From the NCBI GenBank assembly GCA_037308085.1, contig CP147779.1:960001-1024000 (forward strand): DNA of 64,000 nt, read 5' to 3'. This stretch comes from Promethearchaeati archaeon SRVP18_Atabeyarchaeia-1. Lineage in GTDB: Archaea > Asgardarchaeota > Atabeyarchaeia > Atabeyarchaeales > Atabeyarchaeaceae. Positions within the stretch are counted from its first letter, which is position 1. The number at the start of each line of letters is the position of its first letter. The position numbers and the translations under genes were made by a program. The notes beneath the pieces are model-generated. The model ran no database searches. It was given only the letters and a program-made list of their open reading frames with translations, and was not told the DNA's origin. Of this stretch, positions 20,016 to 28,735 are shown one piece after another.

Positions 20016-20893
20016 CTACATCTGCGCCGTCTTCAGAGCGTCCTTGCATTCACAGGCTCTATCCTTCGGAATTCTTGGTATCACGCTGAAAAGCAGCTTA
20101 TTCACATTCTCAATGTTCTGCTTCATGGATCTGACAACCTGCTCGGCTGTAACGGGTTTCAGACCATAAACATCAGTGTCGGTGGGCATCGCTATGTTTG
20201 CAAAACATATTTCTGCTTCTCTAGCAAGAGCGCACTCAGGGTAGGCCGTCAATGCGGGGCGGGCAGGCCCTACTTGCTTCACGCCTTTCCGACGACATCC
20301 CATCCCTGCCTCTTATAGAACAGCGACTCCGCCCTCGTGGAGAACCTTGGTCCCTCGATGCAAACATACTCGAATGAGTCATGATCCTTGGAGTTCTCCT
20401 TGGAGTGAATTTTCATGCCGAGTTTCACAGCCGTGTCCACAACGATCTTCCTCAGCTCCGGACAAAACGGCTCAGCAAAGGAAACATGCCCTACCAGCCC
20501 TCCATCGAAGAATGTTTGGTTCATTCGTGGCGCAGCCGTGAAACTTACTATCTGGTCACAGACAACGAATTCACCTGGTTTGATTCGCTCAGGCTGTAGG
20601 CTCCCAACTGCAGCCGGGCTTATTATTCTGGAGACTCCGAGAGCTTTCATAGCCCAGACGTTGGCCCTGAAGTTGATCTTGTGCGGCGGAATCCGATGAC
20701 CCCTTTGGTGGCGAACCAAGAACGCCACTTTCCTTTCTCCAACGTAACCTACTATGACGTTGTCGCTTGTCGCTCCGTAGGGTGTGTAGACTTTGAGTTC
20801 TTTTGCTTCCTTTATTATCTTTGGGTCGTAGTTGCCCGAACCTGCAAAAACCCCGATTTCTGCAGTTTCACCTGGATCTATTAAACCAATCAT
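20016..20893 (-). CDS. mtnP: 5'-methylthioadenosine phosphorylase, interrupted: join(20893-20287, 20251-20016), 280 aa when joined
   Basis: GSG, TPYG, RH...H, AVGSL, EPFC, EGPRFSTRAES in the first part; TAYPE..LAREAEIC and TDTD in the second part; the join restores DVVGMTAYPE. Confidence 0.9.
20252..20286 (-). other. Candidate bulge-helix-loop (tRNA-endonuclease-type) intron in mtnP mRNA
   Basis: 35-nt insert AGGCGTGAAGCAAGTAGGGCCTGCCCGCCCCGCAT; cuts at AA|A and AU|U give GGA ATG ACG. Confidence 0.72.
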
Positions 20894-21131
20894 ACGGATT
20901 CTCTCTCCATTTTGACGTTACGCGCATACATACAGACTTTTTCAATCCAAAAAATAGCCACATCTGAATGTGAAAGGTACCGAATATTTAATGCTATCGC
21001 CATGGTCGGACTTCTAACGAAGCTGTAGAAAGACTCTACAATCAGAGAAGGAGTTGTTCGATTTCGTCTACTTTGCAGAATTTGCTTTTTGTTTTGGCAA
21101 ACACTTGGCTCACTGCAGATACGAAATGGTT

Positions 21132-23124
21132 TTAGTTAGTGGTTGCCATCGTCCCCGCATCAAGTCGGTTTTTCTGCTCATCTGGTAGTGTATGGGTTAC
21201 GTCAATGCATCTCGGGAGCTTTACTAAGCCGCGATGGGGGCCAAGGTGATCCTTCGTCGCCGAAGGCTTGTCTTAGCCACTCTCGTTTCATCTCCTTTGA
21301 TCCCTGCAGTATGAATGTAGGTGTGTCTGGGTTCTGCTTAACGACTTCGCCAGTTATTTCCCCTGACCTTCGCAGTGTGTGTCCAATGATTTCAGTTGAT
21401 GTGCGCACATTCGCAGCTCTGCCATCATCATATTCTCTATTGAGTATGTTTACTCTGCCGAAAATGTTCGTTAATGATTCCACGATCCTGATTCTTTGTT
21501 CTGTATCATTGTTCACATAGGCGAATATTGGTCCTCTGCCTTGAGATTCGGAGAGTGAACCGTCTGAGAATCCTGCTGCTACCAGTCTCGCTCCGTCGAA
21601 GGTATCCAGTCTAAAGGGGAGTTTCGGGTTCTCAACCGCTCTTTGATGTCCTATTGCTTTGATGGAGCTGTTAAGCTCGTTGAGATTTCTGTCGAGGTAT
21701 GTCAGGATTGGAATTAGTTTATCAACCCTCATACTGTCCAGTCGATCATTTAGCTGCTCTCTCAGGTAATTGTTGCACAAGTGTGTTCCTCTCTCTTCTA
21801 ACTCTTGGACGAGTGCGGTTTTTCCCCCTGCCTTATCTATTGCAGCCATAAGTAATTCATGTTTGTACTCTTTGTCAAGAAATACTTCAACAGTTGGTGG
21901 TAGTGCGTACCATGGTGTTTCGTAGGGTGGGCTTATCCTTTCTTCTCTTGGTATGTGGAGGAATTCTTCTCCCTGACTTGTTTTGTATCTGTAGAGGTCT
22001 AAGTCTCCTATCCGCTCCTTCTCTATTGTTGTGATTTTGTAGTTCTGGTTTTCATCGGTTATTGTGAATCCGTCTCCTTCATTGAGCTTCAACGTAGTCT
22101 TGTCCCGTGGCTTTTCTCGTACGCTTGCTTTCTCCTTTGGCGGTTCTGGTGATAGGACTATGCTGTCAGTTTTCACCCTCAATTTATCGGGTTCTTCTTC
22201 TCCTCTTCTCGTCAGTAGTTCGGCTGTGATGCTCTTGCCGAGGCCTATTGCTCCCTCTTCAATTCTTCCCGTTGCGAGTCTTTCTCCTCTATCTGTCTGG
22301 ATAACCATCTTCGCATGGTTGCCGTCTCTTGCGTTGAGCCCGAGTTCTCCAAGTATGCCGTGGACTTGTATCTTCATCTCGCCGTTGGTCGTGGTCGGTG
22401 TGATTAGGATGCATTGCTTCCAAGGTGGGTCCTCAGGTTTCCTCACATTTAGAACCTTAACATTTAGTTTGTCTCCTACCTTGATGTCCATGCATTCAAC
22501 GTATGCTTTCATGATGTTTGCTCTTGTTCCCTTTCCCAATGTTAGCCCAGCGATGGCTTGAACCCCCTGCTTCTCGAGCAGTGCCATCATTATGTCCCCG
22601 CGGTGGAACTCCACGTTTGCCATAGGGTTGAGCTTCAAGTAGTATGTCTGCCGGGCTTGGCTGTAATTCACTGTTGCGCCGGGGTTTAGGGTGCTCTTAG
22701 TAAACGCATCTAAACTGTAGACTGCTCCCTTCCACTTTACGGCTATGTCTTGGTCTTCTGGTGATTGAAGGTCTCTCAATGCTTCCCCTAAGTCCTTCCC
22801 AGCCATGCCTGATAGTCTTTGTAGATCCTCTAAGGTGATGTGTATTCTGTTGCTTTCCCAGCAGGTTACCTCGCTTTGAACGTATCTAAGCTCATCAGCA
22901 AGCTCGCGTCGGTTGAGGCCCATTTCTGTGCGCCACTGTCTAACTAATTCGCCTGCACCAACCACCCTAGCATCCTGAACTCTTATCTTGTTCAGTTCGG
23001 TTGCATCGGTTGCTTGTTCTCGCGCCGTTCTGTCGGGGTCATTGAGGCGCCTTATGTTAGTTCTTGAAGAAGCATCGCCTCCGCCTCTGGCAACGCTGCT
23101 CCTAAACTCGACATGGCGGGTCAT
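21132..23124 (-). pseudogene. XRE-HTH plus LAGLIDADG-like nuclease protein, C-terminus frameshifted
   Basis: N-terminal Cro/C1 HTH (RQWRTEMGLNRRELADELRY...WE); motifs LVAAGFSDGS and LRQAFGDEGS; ORF stops at 21202 just after a 5-nt homopolymer run (21236-21240), while an alternative frame continues HRGLVKLPRCIDVT. Confidence 0.55.
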
Positions 23125-23450
23125 TCTGCCCGCGATATTGGAATCCTCCCGTCTGGTGATGAGTATGTCGTTTCTCGTTATTCACCAGCAGCGTCAGCAG
23201 GCGATCCCATTTAAAGCTCAATAATACGGTTGGTCAGAGGGTTCCTGCTTGCCTTCCGAGGATGTTACTCAAATCGAGTGGAGTCTCTCAGGTAGCTCGT
23301 TGGCAAAGAGTCGCTTGATTTCCAACTCTCACCGTTCCAGTCATGCAGGTTCTCTTCACTCCTGTCTTCCCAAGTTCTCTCTCCGCCGCGGCATCGGCGC
23401 TCTTCCATTCGTTCTTCCTTCCCATAAGTCAAAGCTTCACCGATAGTTCC

Positions 23451-24047
23451 CTATTCTGGCAGCGTGGCCCCAGTCTGAGATTTGTGAATAGTTCTTGCCA
23501 ACAGCCTAGCCAACCTGAGCGGCTCCGGAACGCCGCCCTCAAGTGTGAAACTATCTAGTACCCTTACGGCCTCGTCAAATTCGATTCCCAGTTCGCGTAT
23601 GAAAACTCGGTACCCTGTCCTAAGCTCTGCTGCATTCCTGGTGCAATTCCTGTTGAAAGTACTTAGGCGCTTCTCCCAGTCCTGTGGAAAGTACTCTTTG
23701 AAGTACTTCTCTAAACCCTCGGATTCCTCGTAGGTTACGCAGATCAGTGGTAGATGCACTTCTTCGCTGACTCTGGCCAGATCCAGGACGTTGAACCACG
23801 CTATCACGCACCCGGCGATCATAATGAGGTTGACATCGGTTCTCTCCAGAGACTTGTATAGCTGCAGTACACCCTCGGTCGCATCCATTCCACCCACCGT
23901 GATGCCTGTTACTGCGAACCCATCGATCACGAGATCTTTTCTCATGACGATCCCGGCGAGGACAGATCTGCCCCCTTCTCCTTTGGAGAAACTCTCGGCT
24001 ATCCCCAAAACCCGCATGCCTTTCTTGAATGGATGCAGACGCAACAA
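23451..24047 (-). CDS. DUF99 family protein (endonuclease V-like)
   Basis: RVLGIAESF, GIVMRKD..IDG, TVGGMDAT, AWFNVLD, PEPLRLA; GGAGGTG RBS before TTG 24047/24044. Confidence 0.85.
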   Translation of the reverse strand: MLRLHPFKKGMRVLGIAESFSKGEGGRSVLAGIVMRKDLVIDGFAVTGITVGGMDATEGVLQLYKSLERTDVNLIMIAGCVIAWFNVLDLARVSEEVHLPLICVTYEESEGLEKYFKEYFPQDWEKRLSTFNRNCTRNAAELRTGYRVFIRELGIEFDEAVRVLDSFTLEGGVPEPLRLARLLARTIHKSQTGATLPE

Positions 24048-24258
24048 GCAAGCACCTCCAGACCGAAGCAGAGTACGGTGTTCCACTTCCACTCGAATTG
24101 ATGCCAATCAGAGAATTGACTTCCTCAACTATTGAATTATTCGGTAAGCGACCAACGACGATTCCCAGGCGACTCCCCGTCTCGAGTGGAAGCATACATT
24201 TATATTTTGAGACCTACATTCAAGTAGATAGGGATAGTGGGCGGAAGGCGGTCTAACT

Positions 24259-24819
24259 TTGGCAATCCGCGGCATCGATGAAGGCAAACTAGATAGACTG
24301 AGGAGTCTGCTTCAGAACCTTCCTCAACTTGGAATACGGTTCTACTTAGTGGGAACCAAGGAAGGACTTAGCGTGGTCAGTGATAGTACTGGTAACATGC
24401 CCGATCCAGATCTTCTCTCTGCAGCTACCGCAACTATGCTATCCACCGGAGACTTTCTGAGCGACAAATACAAAGAAGGCGTGACAAGAGAGATAATGGT
24501 TCGAGTGGAGCGCGGCTATATTCTGCTTTTCAGAGTTGGCGCCAACCACAACCTCGCTGCCGTGGTCGGGGATGTGACTAACCTTGACTACTACTTGGAT
24601 ATACTCAGAAAGTATAGCAAGGCAGTGGAAGAGGTTGTAATTCCTGGCGAAGAAGTGAGGGAAGCAGAGGAGATGTTGAGAAGGGAACTCGAAATGATCG
24701 GCGTCTCCGCTGAAGGCAGAGCGCGCTCAGAGAAACCAGCCAGCGCCGAAGCGATGGATGATAAGCCCTCGTCGCCGACGAAGACAGGCAAGAAGAAGCG
24801 TGCCAAGGAAAGCCCATGA
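24259..24819 (+). CDS. Roadblock/LC7 (MglB-like) domain protein with charged tail
   Basis: EGLSVVSD...DLLSAATATML...EIMVRVERGYILL. Confidence 0.75.
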   Translation: MAIRGIDEGKLDRLRSLLQNLPQLGIRFYLVGTKEGLSVVSDSTGNMPDPDLLSAATATMLSTGDFLSDKYKEGVTREIMVRVERGYILLFRVGANHNLAAVVGDVTNLDYYLDILRKYSKAVEEVVIPGEEVREAEEMLRRELEMIGVSAEGRARSEKPASAEAMDDKPSSPTKTGKKKRAKESP

Positions 24820-25103
24820 CCATATTGGCACGTTCTTGGCTGATTCCTGCTCTCGATTGCCGATTCGATGCGTATTATTGTTTTCTAGGCAAGACTGGTT
24901 TTGCGATTCTTCTCGCAGGTTAGTCCAGGGAATCTGCGTGGAGTTATTTAATGCTCGAATGATTCACTGACTAGTGTGGCAGCCGAAGAAGAAGAAGGAT
25001 TGCGGTGACAGTGGGGAACTGAGGATGTGCCCCGAGTGTCCTCTGCATAATACCTTCGCAATCTTTTCGTGCGATTATCGCAAGTCTATAGAAATCTTAT
25101 TAG

Positions 25104-26843
25104 ATGTGTGGTAAAATACTACTCGTGGTGAGTGTTACTGTGGTTACATCGCCTGCGGATCAGATTACGGAGCTCAGTCCTTCTGAGTGGTTCATTAGAA
25201 ACAGGAATATCGCGGGTTTTGACAACGCGGCTAGGGCACTTTACACTGCGCTTCGCGAGCTAGTGGAGAACGGGCTTGACGCCTGTGAGGCATCCAAGAC
25301 GTTACCGGAAGTGCAAGTTTCAATAAGAAGAGAGCAGCAGGATAAGAAAGACCCAACAGTATATGTGATACGTGTCGAGGATCATGGGGTTGGCGTCGCG
25401 CCTGACTCTGTCCCAACACTGTTTGGAAAGATCCTCACTGGGACGAAAATGTCCTTGAAGCAACACAGGGGGCACTTTGGACTTGGGGGGAAAATGGCTT
25501 TCCTATACGCTCAAGTCACCACTCAGTCTCCAATTAAGGTGATTACCTGCCGCATGAATTCTCACAAAGTCGCCACGTTCATGCTCAAGATAAACATCCA
25601 GAAGAATGAGCCTTCAATAATAGAGAGAAAGATAATTCCCGTTGCCAAGTTCATGGAGTCCCTAAAGAAACAAGAGGCTAGGACTGCTGACCAGAGCAAG
25701 GAGAAGAAGCCTCCCCGGAAACCGTCAAAGAAGGATGAAACTTGGCACGGTACCATAATTGAGTTATCACTAATGGGTGATTGGCAAAGGAGCAAATCGA
25801 AGATCCTCGAATACTTCAAGAGAACTGCGATAATCGTTCCCTATGCTAACCTTACGCTTGAAACCCCAGACCTTGAGACCTACCATTACAGTCGTGCGAC
25901 GGAATCCCTTCCCGAGCCGCCAATCGAGATCCTTCCTCATCCCCACGGGGTTGATACCGAGACCCTAGCACGTATGATCCTGATCTCGAAATCGAGCACA
26001 CTCAGTGACTTCCTGCTCGAAAACTTCCATAGAGTTGGGGAGAAGACTGCGGAGGATTTCCTGAAATTCGCCGAATTGAATGGCAAGAAGAATCCAAGGA
26101 AACTCAGCAGGGACGAGATCGTCAAGCTGATGGAGAGCATGGAGAAGTATGACAAGTTCCTTCCCCCTGATCCAAGATGCCTGAGCCCTATAGGTGAGGA
26201 AATACTAATAACGGGAATCAAGAAGGAACTTTCACCTGCCTTCGTAACTGCAGTAAGCAGATCCCCTTCGGTCTACGGTGGGCATGCATTCATCGTTGAG
26301 GTCGCGCTTGCCTACGGAGGGCAGATAGCGAATGGCATAAACCTTTACCGATTCTCCAACCGGATTCCTCTGCTATATGATGAAGGTAGCGACGTGACCT
26401 CGAAGGTCTCTAGGGAACTTGATTGGAGGAGGTATCACATTTCTCAGGAAATGCCGATAGCAATTTTCATCCACCTTGCGTCGACAAAAATCCCATACAA
26501 GACAGTTGGAAAAGAGTACATCGCTGAGGTTGATGAGATCAAGCGAGAAATAGACCTTGGGCTAAAAGAGTGCGCGAGACGCCTCTCGATATGGCTAAGT
26601 AAGAGGGAGCGCTCCGAATACGTGGCGAAAAGGTTGACAATGCTGAGGGACTTCTACGCTTTCATTGCCTCCACTCTAGAGAGATCCCTTTCCCGAAAAG
26701 TTGAGATCGAGAAACTCTTCAACAACAATAACCACGACAAGTCCAGGGTAGCCGAAACAAAGCGAGAAGAAGGAGGCGAATCCCTTGTCAACGGACAAAC
26801 CGTCATCGAAAAAGTTGCAGCAGACGAAAAAGGAGAAGCGTAA
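25104..26843 (+). CDS. top6B: DNA topoisomerase VI subunit B
   Basis: RELVENGLDA, EDHGVG, RGHFGLGGK, WHGT, PHPHG, RFSNRIPLLY; true start probably a few codons downstream. Confidence 0.93.
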   Translation: MCGKILLVVSVTVVTSPADQITELSPSEWFIRNRNIAGFDNAARALYTALRELVENGLDACEASKTLPEVQVSIRREQQDKKDPTVYVIRVEDHGVGVAPDSVPTLFGKILTGTKMSLKQHRGHFGLGGKMAFLYAQVTTQSPIKVITCRMNSHKVATFMLKINIQKNEPSIIERKIIPVAKFMESLKKQEARTADQSKEKKPPRKPSKKDETWHGTIIELSLMGDWQRSKSKILEYFKRTAIIVPYANLTLETPDLETYHYSRATESLPEPPIEILPHPHGVDTETLARMILISKSSTLSDFLLENFHRVGEKTAEDFLKFAELNGKKNPRKLSRDEIVKLMESMEKYDKFLPPDPRCLSPIGEEILITGIKKELSPAFVTAVSRSPSVYGGHAFIVEVALAYGGQIANGINLYRFSNRIPLLYDEGSDVTSKVSRELDWRRYHISQEMPIAIFIHLASTKIPYKTVGKEYIAEVDEIKREIDLGLKECARRLSIWLSKRERSEYVAKRLTMLRDFYAFIASTLERSLSRKVEIEKLFNNNNHDKSRVAETKREEGGESLVNGQTVIEKVAADEKGEA

Positions 26844-27987
26844 ATCAGGACAAGAATTGACCTCATTCAGCATGAAGACTATGGACACGCTGATTGAAGG
26901 GGCTCTCGCCAAGATCGCCGATCAGATTGACAGAGGCATTTTTCCAGCCATAGAGTATTTCGGAGCTTCAAAGAAGAACGTTCAATTCAACAAGGAACGC
27001 GGCTATGTATCAGTTGACAACGTAAGCTCGGAAATTGACGGCAGCCTTGTTGCAAGTGCGAAAACGCTATCCATGGTGACTTATGGATTAGCAAGATTCA
27101 AAGAACACATAGACAATAATATGTCGATGAGCCTGAGGGACTTCTACTATCTCTTCAAGGTGAAGGAGATTATTGACCTACTGAAGATAGAGGATCAGCA
27201 CGAGACTGATTCAATCATCAACTTGTCGGAACGTATCATAAGGCATGGAGGACAGTCTGTTCCAAGAGAGGAGTTCGGGGTAGTATCGTCTCCGAAGGGC
27301 ACGTTCTATGGAGACATCGCGATAACAGACTCAAGCGGCAAACGAGTCAGGTGCTCAGAAGTCGGAGAGTGGGGTTACTTCATAAGCAGTCGCCCCTTCG
27401 ACATCGCAATCCACGAGATCAATATAAAGGCCGCCGTATTCGTGGAGAAAGAAGCTTTTGCTAGAACTCTCATTGAGCTTAGAATACCGGAGCTACTGAA
27501 GATAGGTGTTGGCGCTCTGTTTGGGCAACCAGGCAGGAATATGCGCGGCTGGATCAGGCGACTAGCAGACGAAGGTGTTCCGATCCTAGGCATGGTGGAT
27601 CTGTCGCCATGGAGTATTCGAATATTCTCAACAATTAGGAATAATAGCATAGAGCTCTCCAATATCCGGGGACTTGCAACACCTGAGGCCAAGTTAATTG
27701 GTCTACATACATCCGATTTCTTTGGGCAGAACGCGCCGCTGAAAGGGATAATCCATGCGCTTGAGGACTTGGATGAACAAGACACGAAGTGCGCAATCCA
27801 GAACCGAGAGGTACCCGCCATAAGTGAAGACGAGTTCCTCAACAAGGAGAATGAGACTATCTTGGAAAAGAAGAAGAAGGGCGAACTTGAATCTTTCAAA
27901 GCATTCGGAGTGTCGTTGAAGGCCCTAAAGAAGAAGTATATTGACTATATTACTCAGAAGATTCAGAACGCTGGCGTGAAACTATAG
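26785..27987 (+). CDS. top6A: DNA topoisomerase VI subunit A (Spo11-like), divergent
   Basis: LRDFYY (catalytic Tyr), VEKEA, GQP, LATPEAK..G; follows top6B. Confidence 0.85.
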   Translation: MSTDKPSSKKLQQTKKEKRKSGQELTSFSMKTMDTLIEGALAKIADQIDRGIFPAIEYFGASKKNVQFNKERGYVSVDNVSSEIDGSLVASAKTLSMVTYGLARFKEHIDNNMSMSLRDFYYLFKVKEIIDLLKIEDQHETDSIINLSERIIRHGGQSVPREEFGVVSSPKGTFYGDIAITDSSGKRVRCSEVGEWGYFISSRPFDIAIHEINIKAAVFVEKEAFARTLIELRIPELLKIGVGALFGQPGRNMRGWIRRLADEGVPILGMVDLSPWSIRIFSTIRNNSIELSNIRGLATPEAKLIGLHTSDFFGQNAPLKGIIHALEDLDEQDTKCAIQNREVPAISEDEFLNKENETILEKKKKGELESFKAFGVSLKALKKKYIDYITQKIQNAGVKL

Positions 27988-28101
27988 TTGACTTCATGCG
28001 TGTCAACATCTAGCAGGACTTCCTTTATTCGGGGTTTGCGTTAGGAATTCCTGACACTCTTATTGTCGCGCGAGTGGCTTGCTGGCTAGCCAAAAAGGTG
28101 G

Positions 28102-28701
28102 TTGCTGAGGGTTCGTAACTTGGGTGTTGTACTGATTTCGGGAACGCCTGGCACAGGGAAGACCACGCTTGCCTCGGGACTTGCCAGGAGACTAGGTTAT
28201 GAGTTCATAGACATTGGCAAGCTTGCAGAAGCTGAGCACATCTATCTGAGAATCGACGCTCGGAGAAATACGAAGATCATAGACGAGAAAAGACTAGCGA
28301 AACGCCTTGAAAAAGAGGTAAGGGCGACACACGGGAACATCGTTATGGCAAGCCATTACGCGGAGATAGTCAACCCCAAGCTGGTCGATAAGGTAATAGT
28401 CTTAAGAACCCGCCCGGAGGAACTGAGGCGGAGACTTCTCCAGCGCGGATGGAGTGTCTCCAAGATCGGCGAAAACTTGGAAGCGGAGATTGTGGGCGTA
28501 TGTTCAAGCAACGCTCTATCAAGATTCGGGAGTCATAGGACCTACGAGATCGACACGACAAGGCTCCAGCCAGATCAGGTTCTCAGAATAGCACTGGAGA
28601 TCTTCGAATCCAAAGACGAATCTCACACTGCTGGGTCAATAGATTGGTTGGCAGAGCTGGAAAAGGAGGACAAGCTCGGAATGTACATGCGCGAAGGATA
28701 G
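28102..28701 (+). CDS. Adenylate kinase, AK6/Fap7-like
   Basis: ISGTPGTGKTT, SH, VLRT.PEEL..RL..RGW..KI.EN.EAE. Confidence 0.88.
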   Translation: MLRVRNLGVVLISGTPGTGKTTLASGLARRLGYEFIDIGKLAEAEHIYLRIDARRNTKIIDEKRLAKRLEKEVRATHGNIVMASHYAEIVNPKLVDKVIVLRTRPEELRRRLLQRGWSVSKIGENLEAEIVGVCSSNALSRFGSHRTYEIDTTRLQPDQVLRIALEIFESKDESHTAGSIDWLAELEKEDKLGMYMREG

Positions 28702-28735
28702 AAGAGGATTATCGCCACAGGCAGGGTGGTCCGAG

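Noticed and set aside
20279-20281. Selenocysteine or other readthrough of the TGA ending the first mtnP ORF
   Set aside because: The conserved downstream half is in a different frame, and an in-frame TAG follows three codons later, so readthrough cannot restore the protein.
20252-20303. Programmed ribosomal frameshift joining the two mtnP ORFs
   Set aside because: It would insert about 12 foreign residues at the active site and lose the conserved Met, whereas precise excision restores G-M-T.
23265-23432. Two short ORFs (45-56 aa) on the - strand after the DUF99 gene
   Set aside because: Two competing frames and no motif; neither can be supported.
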